The translations under genes were made by a program, and so were the position numbers. Positions 34,367 to 48,200 of a stretch of DNA of 64,000 nt are shown piece by piece (positions within the stretch are counted from its first letter, which is position 1; every line of letters begins with the position of its first letter). The notes beneath the pieces were generated by a model. It had not been told where the DNA came from. It searched no databases and saw only the letters and a list, made by a program, of their open reading frames with translations. This DNA is from Balanoglossus misakiensis (Eukaryota > Animalia > Hemichordata). Where the stretch lies: assembly GCA_040954595.2 (NCBI GenBank), contig CM082591.2, positions 3,643,957-3,707,956 of the forward strand, read 5' to 3'.

Positions 34367-34549
34367 AGGTACACTGCACCTATGCAAATTTAACCTCTGT
34401 TACCATGGAAAATTCAAATATAGCCAATCACTGATTTTCAGTGGGTGGCACTTACAAAAAAGTGCACCACCACATGGCCGGATTCTAACACTTTGACACG
34501 CCCTTTTGACCATTTATAGCATATGTAAATTAGAGGTGAACGTATACCT
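34367..34549. mobile_element. ~183 bp TTAA-flanked (Kolobok-like) MITE just upstream of the first recognisable MCM9 exon
   Basis: TTAA-AGGTACACTGCACCT ... AGGTGAACGTATACCT-TTGA; reverse-complement homology to 51243-51428. Confidence 0.75.
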
Positions 34550-35835
34550 TTGAGTTCAGACGAAGTGAATTTCTAATTTTCAGCTCTCAGATGCATTGGT
34601 ATTTACGACATGTAAGCGGCATTAAAATTATTTGTTCAAATGCCAGGAGCGCGGACAGAACAGCAAAGTCTACAAAACAGCGCGGCGGGCAGGGCGTCGT
34701 CTTGGCGACCAGAGAATACAGAGAGTCATGATGGATGCCGAATTCTTTACGAGGCTGGCTTTGTCGAGTGGCGTCTCCACATCTGCTCGGAAACCTTTAT
34801 CCTTTCGCTCAAAAAGATTGTCGTTAACTACGCTTGGTTAAGTGCAATTTCCCGTGCAGCGACAGGAACCGTTGAGCAGAGAATCTCGCCGGGTAATGCA
34901 GGCGGCTATAAAGCCATTGCCGTCTTCATGGTTTTTAATCATTTCTCTCCTCTGCTGTACGACGCATTGTGGGCGTTCGCACATTCATACTATTCATTTG
35001 CATGCGGCCGCCAAATTTGATCATTAGTAGCCGGAAATTAACCAAAATTAAGTCTGGGCGCCTCTTCTTTAGTCATATTTTCACCTGGGGACTTCTAAAA
35101 AAATAAAATATCTGCTGGCAGCCATTACTGACATCACTATTCCTTCTCACAAAACTGGACTTGTGAGAGAAGACAAAGGTTGGATCATTTAAACAATAAC
35201 TAGTGTGAACTACATGCACCACAAAACACCCACCCAACATCAACCAACAATTTTACCATCTTTTCAGTTTCCTGCTTTAATACTCATCTCAAAGACCCAC
35301 CCCCCCCCATAAAGGAAATGGTTTGACCGAACAAGCCCGACCAGAAAAAGTGTAGCGCATAACTTGGTTGACGGCGATGTTTGTCGGTGCTACTTGATTT
35401 GTGAACCGCAAAGTGAAAATTAATTTGAGATCCAAATGAGTTGATTCAAGTTCAACCTATGAGTCACATGGCAATGAAAGAATTTAGTTCAATTCGTGCA
35501 TAGTTTGTTCCAGAACCCCTTCGACGCCATAGTCAACTCGTCGCCAATGTTCACAAAATTAACCACATAACTTTTTGCCATATTTTTTTTAAAGTTTTGA
35601 TTGGAACCCACAGACAATGGATAATTATGTCCACTTGGTCTTGGGACGCGTACAGACTTGACATATTTGTAGTTCAGCACATACTGCGCATTTCATTTGA
35701 AACGGATTAGTTTGTACTTATCAGTGTATCTGATATCATGTACACGATGTAAACTGTAAGCTTATAATTGGTTAGATATGAAAATAGAATGGAGGTTTGT
35801 GTGTGTGGATCTGTCTTTCCTAATTTTACCGATAT

Positions 35836-36054
35836 ATCTGTCTGTCTGCATGTCTGTCTATCTCATTGTCTGTGTGTCTGTCTGTCTGCCTTTTCTGTCT
35901 GTTGACTGCATGTCTATCTGTATGTCTGACTGTTTTGTCTGTGTGTCTGCCTGCTTTGTCTGTCTGTGTATCTGTCTGCCTGTCTGTCTGTCTGTCTGTC
36001 CATTTGCCTGCCTGCCTGTCTACTTGCCTGCCTGTCTACCTGCCTATGTTTGTC
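35836..36054. repeat. Degenerate (TCTG/CCTG)n microsatellite
   Basis: Direct reading. Confidence 0.9.
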
Positions 36055-38035
36055 TAAGAGTAAGAATACCAGCATACCCTCTACAATGCTATATGCAAGT
36101 ACAATACTGCTCTGCCTAGCAACTCCACAGACTGGATGAATCATGCACTGATATGATAAACAAGAGGTATGTCCCCATAATTAAGAATCCTTGCCCTTAA
36201 GTGAAGGTCATTAGAGACAACACAAATCATTAGTTTTCTCCTAATTGTTGTATAACATTATATTCAGCTACTTTTCCCTCTCAGTACATACAATGTCACA
36301 ATTCCCTCTCTCATCCTTCCATCGACAAAATTGCATTCCACAATCAACACTGATAACCAGTTGGGGTAGAGGTCAATGCCGTCTGATTCTAAACTGACCT
36401 GGTGTAGATTTTAATTAAAAGCTGGACCACATAACAATTGGACAAAGAAAATGATGGCATTACCGAAAAGTCCATTTTAATGAGGTATGCAAATACACGC
36501 AAGCATATCAAAGTTTACCGAAGATTACACTTTAGTTCATGCTTAGCAACACAGACTTTGTTTTGACGGGTACAGCTTTTGTCCGAAAGTAGCATTTCAA
36601 TGGATACGCTTTTAAAAAGATGCACAAATCCCCAAAATTTGATGCGTATGTATTCCAAACGTCCGTGAGCTCTGTTATGGTTGAGAATGATGTTTGTTCT
36701 TGAGGCAAAAATGTTTTTTTGCCATAACATTACGTATGTTTACTGTCTGAAACACTATGGTTGCCTGACACAGATATAGGCTGGGGTCATTCGTCTACAA
36801 ACCTTCATTTATCATTTCCATATTTCAATATGTTGCTTTGAGCATACTATTACCTTCACAGCATGTTAAAGCAAGACCATGAAGTAGAACATATTTTATA
36901 ATGACAAACAATAAAATTTTACGAACCATAGAATTCCTTCGATATCTGGGAAAAGGTCAATTCGATTAAAAGAATGAGGGGCTTCAGAGTTAGATTGAAA
37001 ACATTATATCATATCTTAGCGTTCTCAATCGCCTGGGAAGTAAAACAAGGTTGTGCACTTGTTGAACTCTCTTCAATTTTCAAATAGTACAGTTTCCCCA
37101 TAAAAAATGTTATCGTCTTGACAACACAGAACTTAATGCTGATGAGGCACTCTTGACATTTGCTCCCATAGCAACCGCAGCATGTCTTGTTTTTAAAATT
37201 AGACAATGATCAAAAACAAATAAACTGTATTTTCCCAATTCGGCGACATCGTCTGGAGCAAACATTTCTGTTTTGTACGGAGTGATCAATCTATTTCTCA
37301 CATTTCCAAATACATAATTCATCACTGGAGTTGAGAAGGAACAGTTTGAATAAAAAAAATCCCTAATATCTGAAGAAAATTTTGTGAACAAGAATTTGTG
37401 ACACAAAAAATGTAACCTGTTACAACAGATGAACATATGCAGCCACGCTAAGTCAATTGGCACACTCTAATACACATACGACATAAAACGATTTTATGAC
37501 ATACTCATAGTTTTATGTTCTTTTTAATAAGTTGATACTACCTTTACAGACTTGTAACAACCGCTAGGTTTGAAGTTGTCATTTGTAGTGTGGTGGCACA
37601 CAGAAATATTTGTCCGTGTTACTTTAAAGGCACACTATCTGTAACTTTTGATAACCATGTTCCACTGAAGGGTGTCTGTCAAATACACTCACATGTAGTC
37701 TAAAAATTCAAACACACTTTTCTTCAGGCAAAAATGTTTGCTAAAATGGGCTATTTTTGCTACATTTCACAATAAATTTGCAACATTTTCATACTTTACA
37801 TAAATTTGCATAGCAGACAAAACAAATACCTTTAAAACATCCACAAATGACGTAAGTAAATTTTAAAAAGATATGGCTGATGTAAAGCAAAGCAGTCAAT
37901 ATAATTCATCAAAGTGATGAAGTTTCTGAAGTTCATGTTCGTTAGAGCGTACAGTGACGTACTACAAGCTGATTTCATCAGCTATGTCTGTTGTGAGTTT
38001 ACAGTTCCGTGAAAATGTGCATATAAAATTTACGT

Positions 38036-40879
38036 CTATCGTGCCTCGTCAAGGCTTGTGAAACTGACAGGTTTGTTGATCTGCACGGCAGCGTCTTTCA
38101 AGATGATGAACCCGCGCCACTTCCGCTTGGTGAAGCTTCTCCAATCGCGGCCGACGACGCAGCACAGCCGGTGGTCCAGGTGCGTCCAGCCGCAGCGGAA
38201 CCCGTTCCAGCGCCGGTGGAAAACCTGCAGGCTCTGCGACACCACCTGCGATCGGGTGATCGTGGACGAGGACTCCCGGGGGAAGTCGACGAGGGAGTCG
38301 TCGCGGCTCAGCAACGACGGCGGCGGCGGCCGATTATTCAGCGAGATGCCGTTCAGAAACTGGTGGAAGTTCTCCATGTCCTCCACGTACGTCTTCCAGT
38401 GCCTGGCCCGCTTTTTCCAGCTCTCCCCGAACTTTGCCGCCAGAGCGCGCTCCAGGTGCTTCCATCGACCGGGGAACTCTTCCCACTTCTTGGAAAACTC
38501 CCGTATCACAGCCGAGACAGCTTCGCCCGGATTGGACTTATCCGCCAGCAAAATCCTGCTCAGGAAAATATCGTAGAGAATGTGTTGACGGATGTATTCC
38601 TGCCACTCTTGGCCGGCATAACTTCTCCAGTTTATGCCGATTTTACGGATCAGGTAGCCATCCAACTGATTCCAGCCATCCGGTATATCTTCCCACCGCC
38701 AGGCGAAATTCAGCAAGGCTGTCCTGACAGCTTTCCGTCGCGCCAGCTGATCATTCGGGAAAGAGTAGTTCCGGAGTTCTTTCATGTGCAACTGGACGTG
38801 GGGGATGGTGTCTAAAAACCCCTGGAATGTTGACTGGGACATCTTCAAAGAACGCGCTGTCACTGAATTCTTTATGATCACTGACACACAGTGATATGCT
38901 CAAGGACGAAAAACCTTGGTACGATAACGCAATATCATGGTATCATGTCAACAGCAGATACATCCAGAATGATATTGTTTTGTAGATAAGAATGCTTTTC
39001 TAGCCAGTACAGTATCTGCCAGACTTGTGCAAATAACAATATTACCTAGATTAGTGCTATCACAAAGCCGATTCTGCTTCGATACTGGTGGTACGCGCAT
39101 TAACACCGTCAACCCATTCGCAGTCCACAACGAAACTATCCAGGACGGACGTCAACAAAGTGTATATATGAACCAATCTGACATTATTAATTCCCCACTA
39201 AGTGCTTGTCGAGTGCTTTGACATGACTCGAGGACGGAAGCTGATAAAAAGTCACAAATCAAACTTTTGAAACCGTCACTACACCGGCAAGGTGCATGTG
39301 TACCTTTTTTTCTCCCTTGAAGGACTCCCACTGAACTCCCTGATTAGGTGTATCAGACTAGTCGTGTAGTGATACAATGCAGTTGACAAGCAAAGCACAG
39401 CTACCAGCCTGTATCCAGGCAACTTATATTAATGAGCAATAAATCTCAACGGCATTCTAAGACTGAGGCGGGGTTTTATGCAACAAAGAGGGGAGTTTAT
39501 GCCTGGGTTCGGACATTCGAGAAATGTAATAAATACTATCAAAGCCCATAGACACTGTAGACCTGTATTTTGAAAGCACTGACAATAAATGAATGGATCT
39601 GACTCAGTGATTCTGAGTGCTTGCATCTAAGCCAGGTGCATTTTTCTTTTTAAGGGGGCATGGCAGCTGGGGGGGGGGGGAGGTAGTCAACTTCATGAAA
39701 GACCTTCCTGAATTAGACTATTGGCATCAGCATTTGTAGTAGGCACTGTGACTAATGCAAAATGCATGTATTTATAATTATATTATACCAGTATATTGAT
39801 GGTGTAAATCACGCTATTTGATTGGTCGAGACACGACACGTGACCGTGATATATTAGCCATATACCACAGTCATAATGCACGCAAAACTCATAGTCAAAG
39901 AAAATGCCTTTTTAAAATGTTTTATGCAAAGTTTCAATATACTGGTATAATATAATAGCAATAAAACACCCCCAGCCATGGTATACCACTCGATTTTGAC
40001 CAGTTGAACTCCATATACGCACTCGCTATCGCTCGTGCGTATATGTCGTGAACTGGTCAAAATCTCGTGGTATACCATGGCTGGGGGTGTTTTATTGCTT
40101 AAATAGCAGTAAAGTTGTTTCAATCAAAATTTTGTATGCTGACTTGGGATTTTTTTCTCAGTTGTCTAAGGGACAGGATTACACTCCATCGCCAGTTGAG
40201 CTTCTAGTTGTATTGTGTTTTTGTGTTCAGGTCAGTTATTATGATCTGTGCTCAACTTCAATCTTTCTTTTGTTTTTAATTGACAGAAGAGAAGTTTAAT
40301 TCCACCTCATGGGGGCGCTATCCTCAACCATAATAACCAATATGATGATACTGAGAGAGACATCAGTTTGTCTTCAATTGCTTAGTCCATGCAGGTTTCC
40401 CCACGGATACTGATAGGGAAACCTGCATACAAATAGTCGTGTCCCCACAACTACGTTTTCACCACCCCCCGGCCCCCTCCCCAAATGTACCCTCGTCCAC
40501 AGTTTCTCCACACACCATGCCTTGACCAATGACACGTCGATCGATGACCGATGTCTTAATAACACAGTTTTTACCACGTTTTCACTCATAGTCTGGTACC
40601 ATTGATCATTATCACGGTCCCATACTTGTAAAATGTATGACCTCGATTTCAGGGGGGGGGGTAGCTCTGCGTACAGGTCTGTACGCAGGGTTGGGGGCAT
40701 GTTTCGGAACGTACCCGTACCTAAGGCAACAGGGCCAGGAGTGTATACAGTTACCATGGTGACGTGATAGGTAGACACAAAATTGACGTAATTAGCGTTT
40801 TCATCACCATAGGGTACTCACCCGTGTACTCTTCTATTTCGCCCGCACTCAACTCGTCCACGGCGTTGCTCGTCGCCAT
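38036..40879 (-). CDS. Unrecognised Trp-rich protein with three ~65-90 aa repeats; main exon 38036-38880, putative first exon 40822-40879
   Basis: GC-rich 280-codon open frame in AT-rich surroundings, with a clear internal repeat. The upstream exon ATG GCG ACG...TAC ACG G|GTGAGT (phase 1) is compatible with the acceptor TGTCAG|TG at 38880. Alternative start at ATG 38843. Confidence 0.7.
39781..40099. mobile_element. Double inverted-repeat element, possibly a non-autonomous Crypton-type or fold-back element
   Basis: 19-bp IR at 39781-39799/39934-39952, followed by a 143-bp palindrome at 39957-40099 centred on CACTCGCTATCGCTCGTG. Confidence 0.6.
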
Positions 40880-41190
40880 TTCAAATTTCCCGCAAAGCAA
40901 GCCTGGCGTCTAATACATGTATGCGTACTCAACTTCGTTATATATTTCTCACTTCAATGATACCTTGGCAAACTCAGCCTGGCTTACGTAAACTTTACGC
41001 TTGGTTCCAGCCGCAGAATTCTTGAAATGTCCAAAGCCACCTCGTAGGCCACCTAGTAGGCATACACGATATATAGTAAAGGATCTTGAAAACTACCTAC
41101 GGCGGCGGCCATTCTTGTTGATGCAAACATGAACTTTGACCCTTAGCGATGATTTCAATCTATCACATATATGTATATGCAATCTTATTC

Positions 41191-41272
41191 AAATCAGATG
41201 TAGGGAACGGCGACGTGGTAGTGTGAGGCGACAGCAGAAAAAAACCACGTCGCCGTTCCCTACATCTGATTT
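41191..41272. repeat. Perfect 29-bp stem / 24-nt loop hairpin
   Basis: AAATCAGATGTAGGGAACGGCGACGTGGT and ACCACGTCGCCGTTCCCTACATCTGATTT. Confidence 0.9.
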
Positions 41273-41316
41273 TAATCAGATTGATGTATATGTATCAGGG
41301 CTATTGTAAACTTTAA

Positions 41317-41892
41317 AGGTCTCATGCCATGCCCTATACAACCACGCGTAAAATCACTATTTGGGTCTTGAAGTTAACGTATGTTACTATCTTGCAATGC
41401 GTTTTGCCCCTTGTGCTTAGATAACAAGCAAGTAAAAGTGGCGGGTGGGCGTGTACCCCTAACCCAACTCAGTCGAGTTTTTTCGGCTTTTCGAAGTTCA
41501 GTCGAAGACTTATCTTGATGTGGACAAATAGTCTTTCACACCTTCGTAAATCCTCTGCCTGTAATGTGAGGCAAGGGCTTCCTTTGCTTTGAACACTGTT
41601 TATATAGCTTGTCTTTGTCTGTGGACTTAATTACTCATGGACTGCTAATTACACTTTACTGTTAGCAGAATGGTACACTAGGACGTAGTGTACTTGTTTG
41701 TCCATATGCAAATACCTTCGCCTGGCTCGAGTGCGAAGTGGCTCCCTGATCACAGGCATGAAAAAAGGTGGCAAATTCCGGCATTCGTGCACATTTTTCA
41801 GAACCGACACAATAGGCAATGCATAGACAGGTACCCTAGGTGAGCTTTTGACGTGGAAAAATGAAAACTTTCCAAAGCATGACATGAGACCT
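41317..41892. mobile_element. 576 bp non-autonomous Kolobok-like DNA transposon
   Basis: TTAA-AGGTCTCATGCCATGC ... GCATGACATGAGACCT-TTAA. Confidence 0.8.
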
Positions 41893-43650
41893 TTAAGCAA
41901 CATGTCTGCAACGAGAACAGAAATAGCATTTACCCTAAACTGAGCATCCGTTTCGTTTGTGTAATATGGAGGATGTATTACTGTGACATACTAGTAGTAC
42001 AGTATACTTGAATCGAAATAACAGGTGCGTCTTTGGAACAATACAGGTGTTATAATGGTGGATACGCCGAGCCCCACCCCCTCACCCCAAACCCCACCCC
42101 GAGAAAAACTGGAATTATTGCATAACACGCTTTCATTTGCGTATAAATTTTATTCCGATACCAAGAAATATTGTGTAACGGAACTCCAAATATAACGGCA
42201 GCGGATGTTTCATAATTAAATTTACCTCTTTAATTGGCTTCTTGGTCGGAAAACAACATGTTTAAATTATTTATACGGCAACATATTACTGGTACATTAG
42301 AATTTTTAAAAACGTGTATCTGAAAATTTATACGGATATTAGAAATAACGGCAAAGGCTTATTTGTTGAAAAGAAGAATTTATGGATTCAGGCAGGCTCC
42401 GGGAGATTTTTGTTCTATGTATGAAGATTGAAGTACGGTTTCTTGTTCAGCGACAGCTGGATTAATTTACTTCCCCTTCATGCTATTTCTAGACTAGATG
42501 TCAAAATGAAATTGCTGTGACGTCAGCTTATTTTGATTGAACAATCACACCTGTTGGGAATATGGCGGGAGAGTACTCGACCGGATTTCTGTGCTCGATT
42601 GCTGTTAATGTACAAGCCAAGGTAGATCCACCCTTACATGGATTCTGGACGACAATTCACCTTCCAGAACACAGAAACTTGGACCACGTGGTGGTGGAGT
42701 GTGTGTGAGAGGGAGGATGTGTGGGGTGTGGGGGGGGGTGGATCAATCGCATTTCTCAACTGACAACCTGCATTTTCATTTGTCAAAATTTATGAATCAT
42801 TCAAGAGGTTCCTAAGCAATTATTCATGACAAAGCACGGTTGCGTAAATTGAAAATTGTATAAAACGGGCCCTTATTTGCTTAATGTTTGCATGCGATTT
42901 GTATACATATTTGAATCCGTGGAAAGTTCCCACAAGATGTATAGATTATACTTTGCTTCATCGGTTATTGATAAAAAAACAATGAAATCTAAGCCTTTTT
43001 CATCATGTATTGAGCAAGTCGATAAAAAATTACTGCAACGTAGAAGTACATAGAATGAAGTGTGACAATTTTTATTACAACTCTTAGTTTAATAACCAAT
43101 TCATCAAGTTTTCATTAATATAGGCCTACATCAACACTAGGATCTATTACCACAGGCAATTTACAATCTGTTAATTAATACAGCCTTGATATTCATTAAA
43201 AAGTAAATTCTGTTGTTTGAAATATTTAATATGCACAAAATGAAGAAGGGCACCTGCATCTTTTTGGCTGCTGCATCAAATTAGAATTTTTGGCAGGCAA
43301 CATATTTCTGCTCGGCGCGGCTTAATTCAGTGTTGTTTACAAGTTATCGACGGGCTGAGAAGATATTATTTTGAAAGTAAACATACAATCTGTGATTATT
43401 TTTTCCAGAATGGTACGTGTATGCTGAAATCCACAGATATATCGACCATACAGCTTTCCCTGGTTCTTGCAATTACTATACGAAAAGCCTGCTGTTAATT
43501 TTAATTTGACTTATGTAATATGCATATCAATGACGTCAGCTTCTAGTTAGATACTAGTACCAAGGCCTAAAAACCTCGAAAAGACAGGGTACCACATCTT
43601 AATAGGAGGGAAATTTATGCGTGAATTTTGAACACAATAATTACCGCTGG

Positions 43651-43760
43651 TCTATAAAACCCCTACTTTGAAACAAACATAGTTGGTGTAACTTGGTACA
43701 TCGACAAAGTCGTTTGTTCGACTTTCACAATCTGCTTGATAGACGACGGCGAAAACGAAG
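43651..43760 (+). promoter_or_regulatory. TATA box and non-coding first exon of subtilisin copy 1
   Basis: CTATAAAA at 43651; donor AAG|GTATGT at 43760; both conserved in the paralog at 57888-58003. Confidence 0.7.
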
Positions 43761-44335
43761 GTATGTTTCTTGAAGCTTACACTATTCGGTAGAGCTAGTC
43801 TCACACGAGTGTTGAACTACATTCAACTTGAGTGTGGAACTACATTCAACTTGAACTACACTCACTGTAACAATCAAATAATGGAGCGAAGACTTTTTGT
43901 ACAATTTTAATAATGCTACACTTTTGAAAAAAAATTAGGTACAATTTTGTACGTCGACACAAAGTCTCTCTTTTTCAACCCCCACCACCTGCTTGATACA
44001 AGCATTCGGTAAGGTTATTTGCATACCAAACAAAAGTGACAATGTATACGTAACTGCTTTCAAACTTGGGACATAAAGAGTTGTAAGAAGCAAAATCTGC
44101 GGCAAGACTAAAATGTATTTTACAGGGGACATGCTGTGGATGTGTACAGAAGTACCTTGTCGATAAGACCTGTCGAAATTTGATTACAGAAATAACATTT
44201 TTCCGAATATTTTTGTTCTCTCTTTGAATGCTATTAAATTTCAGAAAGTATATTAATTCATTAATTGCAGTATGTCTGTCTTCAAAACTGCGTTTTTATA
44301 AGACTTTATATGACATTATGGCATTTCAGGCGATC

Positions 44336-45268
44336 ATGATCACATCGCGATCCACGGCGATTTGGTTTTGCATGTTTGCATTACTTGTGGTGCAGATCAC
44401 AGCTGCCAGCACAAACAAGAGAAAGATTGAGGAAGAGCGAAGGATCCGTGCACTGCGTCCAAGCTTCGTCAAACGTGAACATCAAGCTCCACTGATTCCC
44501 GGTGGAGACGAGAAGATAGAAGAAGAATACATTGTAAAACTAAGGGTGGGTAGAAGTTCTGGTGAACACACATGTCTCCCACTTTGCTGTGTTAAAAAGG
44601 CCATATGTTTACAGCTGACTCTATGTTTCCAGATAAGCAATGCCGTCCACAGACAATCAAAACATTCTCTATATATTTCTATAGAATTATCCACTTCTAC
44701 AGGTATGGATGGGCCTTAGTTCTCCCACAGCCTGTATACGGTTCGCTACAAGGCTCTTGACATGTTACACACTGATGAGCCCCCCCATCGCTAGGAGATG
44801 CACCATATGGTGTTGTGCAGACTCGCAGGCCAGGTTTCACTCGGCCATTAAGATCAGTCGTTCAATCCGACAATATGTCTGCGCAGGCAACGAGACGGTC
44901 TGTGAGTCAAGGACTGACCTATAAATCCAAGTCGAATGAACAACTAGTGACTTACAACACTTATCACTTGATTTGCAACACTTCGCACAATCAATACATA
45001 TTATCTCATTTCACTCAGGACGACCTTACCGATGAAGAATTAGGCGAATTCGAAGACAAATTTCAAGCACTTTCTGAAGAGCATGGCTGGCACATTGATT
45101 TTCAAATAAATGTGACACAATTGATGAAAGGGTTTGTCGCCAGAATACCCAGTGGAGCAGTTGATATAGTATGTGTGAATTTTGTTGTCATTAATTCCTA
45201 CGGCCATATATGTATGTATGTATGTACATGTATTAATGTATTAATGTATGTGTGTGTGTGTGTGTGTA

Positions 45269-45299
<31 letters not shown>

Positions 45300-48200
45300 A
45301 TGTATGTATGTATGTATGTATGTATGTATGTATGTATGTATGTATGTATGTATGTATGTATGTATGTATGTATGTATGTATGTATGTATGTATGTATGTA
45401 TGTATGTATGTATGTATGTATGTATGTATGTATGTATGTATGTATGTATGTATGTATGTATGTATGTATGTATGTATGTATGTATGTATGTATGACTGCA
45501 TGCATGCATTTTCGTGCTTGTAGTAATTAATAAAATCCTTTTTTTTCTTTTAGCTCCGTTGGCTGGATGAGGTAGAGTTTGTTGAAGAAGACGAAGTTGT
45601 CCATGGAAATGTAGAGTGGGGTTTGGACAGGATTGATCAGGCAAACCTGCCCTTGAATGACATTTATTCATCATCACCACTAGGTAAGTCAGGGACCTTC
45701 TTTGCAGTTAACCTTACACGCAGGTTGTACGTATTAATTAAGTGTTCGGCGTTGGAAATTTGTTTATTCATATATGACGATCTTCTAAACAATCAATTTT
45801 CGGTAATCATATGTACTACATTTTATTCTTTTAGAAATACCGCTTTTTGCCTTGGTTTCTACTTTTATTCGCCAGCTTGTTCGTTAAATAAATTATTAAC
45901 CAAAGGATTAGACTTAAGTATTCATGTAATCATTTTTTCATTATTCTTATTTTCTGTTCTTCAAAGGGGACGGTAGTGGCGTGAATGTCTTTGTTTTGGA
46001 TACTGGCATACGTTATTCTCACGACGAGTTTGGTGATAGAGCACATTCATTTTTCGATGCATTTTCAGATGGACAAAATGTAAGTTGCTCTATATGTAAT
46101 ACCATTGTCTGTGAAATATATGGTCAAATGAAAACGTCTCCAGCGTTTTATGTTGGACTAAATGTACATATTGTGAGTACATTAGTTTTTTTAAGAAAGA
46201 GGCCTATATTTCCGAGACACAGGTTCAACTTAAACTGTTGCGTCCACTGTATATTAGTTTTGTATTTCTTACAAAATAATATTTGGGCTGCAAAGAACTA
46301 CTTAATTTGCAAAAATGTCTTACCAGTTTCAAACAATTCAGTTAAACACAATATTAAAATTTACAAAATATCAATTGTGTTACTTCATGAAAAGAGACTA
46401 GTAAGGTTTTTCTGTGTTCAAAACACTGTCGTCGTTGGCCCCTATTTGAGAAGATATATGCACTGATAACATTCGTGTGTGTGATATTTATCGTGGACAC
46501 GTGTTTTATACAGGGAAACGACTGTCAAGGACATGGTACTCACTGTGCAGGTACTGTTGGTGGAAGCACTGTTGGTGTTGCACCTGGTGTTACTTTGTAT
46601 TCCGGTCGTGTTTTGGACTGTGGGGGAAGTGGGGCTTACAGCGGCGTTATTGCAGGTGAGTTTACAATTTTACATCGAAATACTTGACAAAATAGAAACA
46701 TTTGAATTTCCGTTTTAATACAAGGTGAACGGCAAACTTAACAGACATCCATAATAGCCGGGTCTTCAACACTTATCCATACAGGTATGGATGCAGTCGC
46801 CGCTTCCAATAAGAAACCAGCAGTTGTCTCCATGTCGCTGGGCGGTGGACGCTCCACATCTACGAATTTGGCAGTCAAACGGTTAACCGAGGCTGGGTAC
46901 ATCGTAGTCGTTGCTGCTGGAAACGAGAATACAGACGCCTGTACCACGTCACCTGCATCGGCTCCTGAGGTATTACATTTGAAGTATGATAAAACAATAA
47001 GTGTAATACTAGTATCTTATGATGTATTACATGCATTCCACGCAGAAAGCCATCGGGCTTACACCGGGATAAATCTTCACTACCCTTCAGCTGTGTCTGT
47101 GTGCATATTACTTACCGAAAACACCAACAATATATGGAGATTTTTGACTTCCGCCATATTGTGACTGACTGCGCTTTACCGACCGCAACACATTCCTTGC
47201 ACATTGAACAGATTCAACTGTATTTATTTGTGAGAAGTTTCTATATTTTCCGACTTCAATTGTACACGTCTAATGCCTCATCAATGTCTGCAGTGCATGA
47301 CTACGCTAAATCAACAATTGTCTGTTACAGGCAATTACAGTGGGAGCTACCGAATCTGATGATGATTTAGCTTCGTATTCTAATTACGGCCCCTGCGTTA
47401 ATATTCTGGCACCCGGAAGTGACGTCAGGAGTGCTTCCTACAGATCAGACTCCAGCTACACCACTCACAGCGGGACCTCGATGGCATGTCCTCATGTTGC
47501 TGGTAAGGGATTGTTCAGTTATGACGACCGGGGTGGCAATTCAAGGGGGTCCTTAATTTGCAGTCTGCGAAAGGAGTGGTCACCAAGTTTTGAATATGGG
47601 CTTGGGAGTCTCCTATTTTTTTCACCAGACAACACACTGAAAAAAAAACATGTATCACAAAACCAGTAACCTTCTTGTGTGAAACTTATGGTTTTATACT
47701 TTAAACAACAATATAAAAACAAAATGAAAGACACATTGAGCCATTTGCAGACAAGAACTATTGCAGTGAGACTGAAGCTGTGGCGAAGATGATATCATCA
47801 AGGAAATAGGGAGCAGTGATGAAATAAGCATTGGTGACATGGAAGATGAAGAAACGGACCAAGCATGCACTGTATACACTAGAAGTGTTTGTTAGTCTGT
47901 CTGTTCCTGTAATATAATTATTTTCTCAACTTTCCCAAGGTGTTGCCGCCCTTCTACTTCAAGCTGATCCATCTCTCACACAAACGACAATGTTAACCAA
48001 GTTGGTGGAAACTGCCCAAACAGGAAAAATCGACCTGTCCAGGTTGGCTCAGAGTTTGAGATCTTCAACACCGAATAAACTTCTAAGTATTGCCCCACTC
48101 GGTGAGTTGAATCATGGTTTGTTTCAATTGGAGCCCTTTACGTCATTGTAATGGACGTGCTCAATTCGGACTCCATCAAGTCAAGTACATTCGCTTAATT

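Noticed and set aside
34900-34932. Minus-strand HEDGNGFIAA, EF-hand-like
   Set aside because: Short frame closed by stops, with no flanking helices or splice support; likely chance.
45198-45680. Long YIHT/MYVC ORFs in several frames
   Set aside because: Translations of the (TATG)n microsatellite; the same applies at 35778-36144 and 58803-59120.
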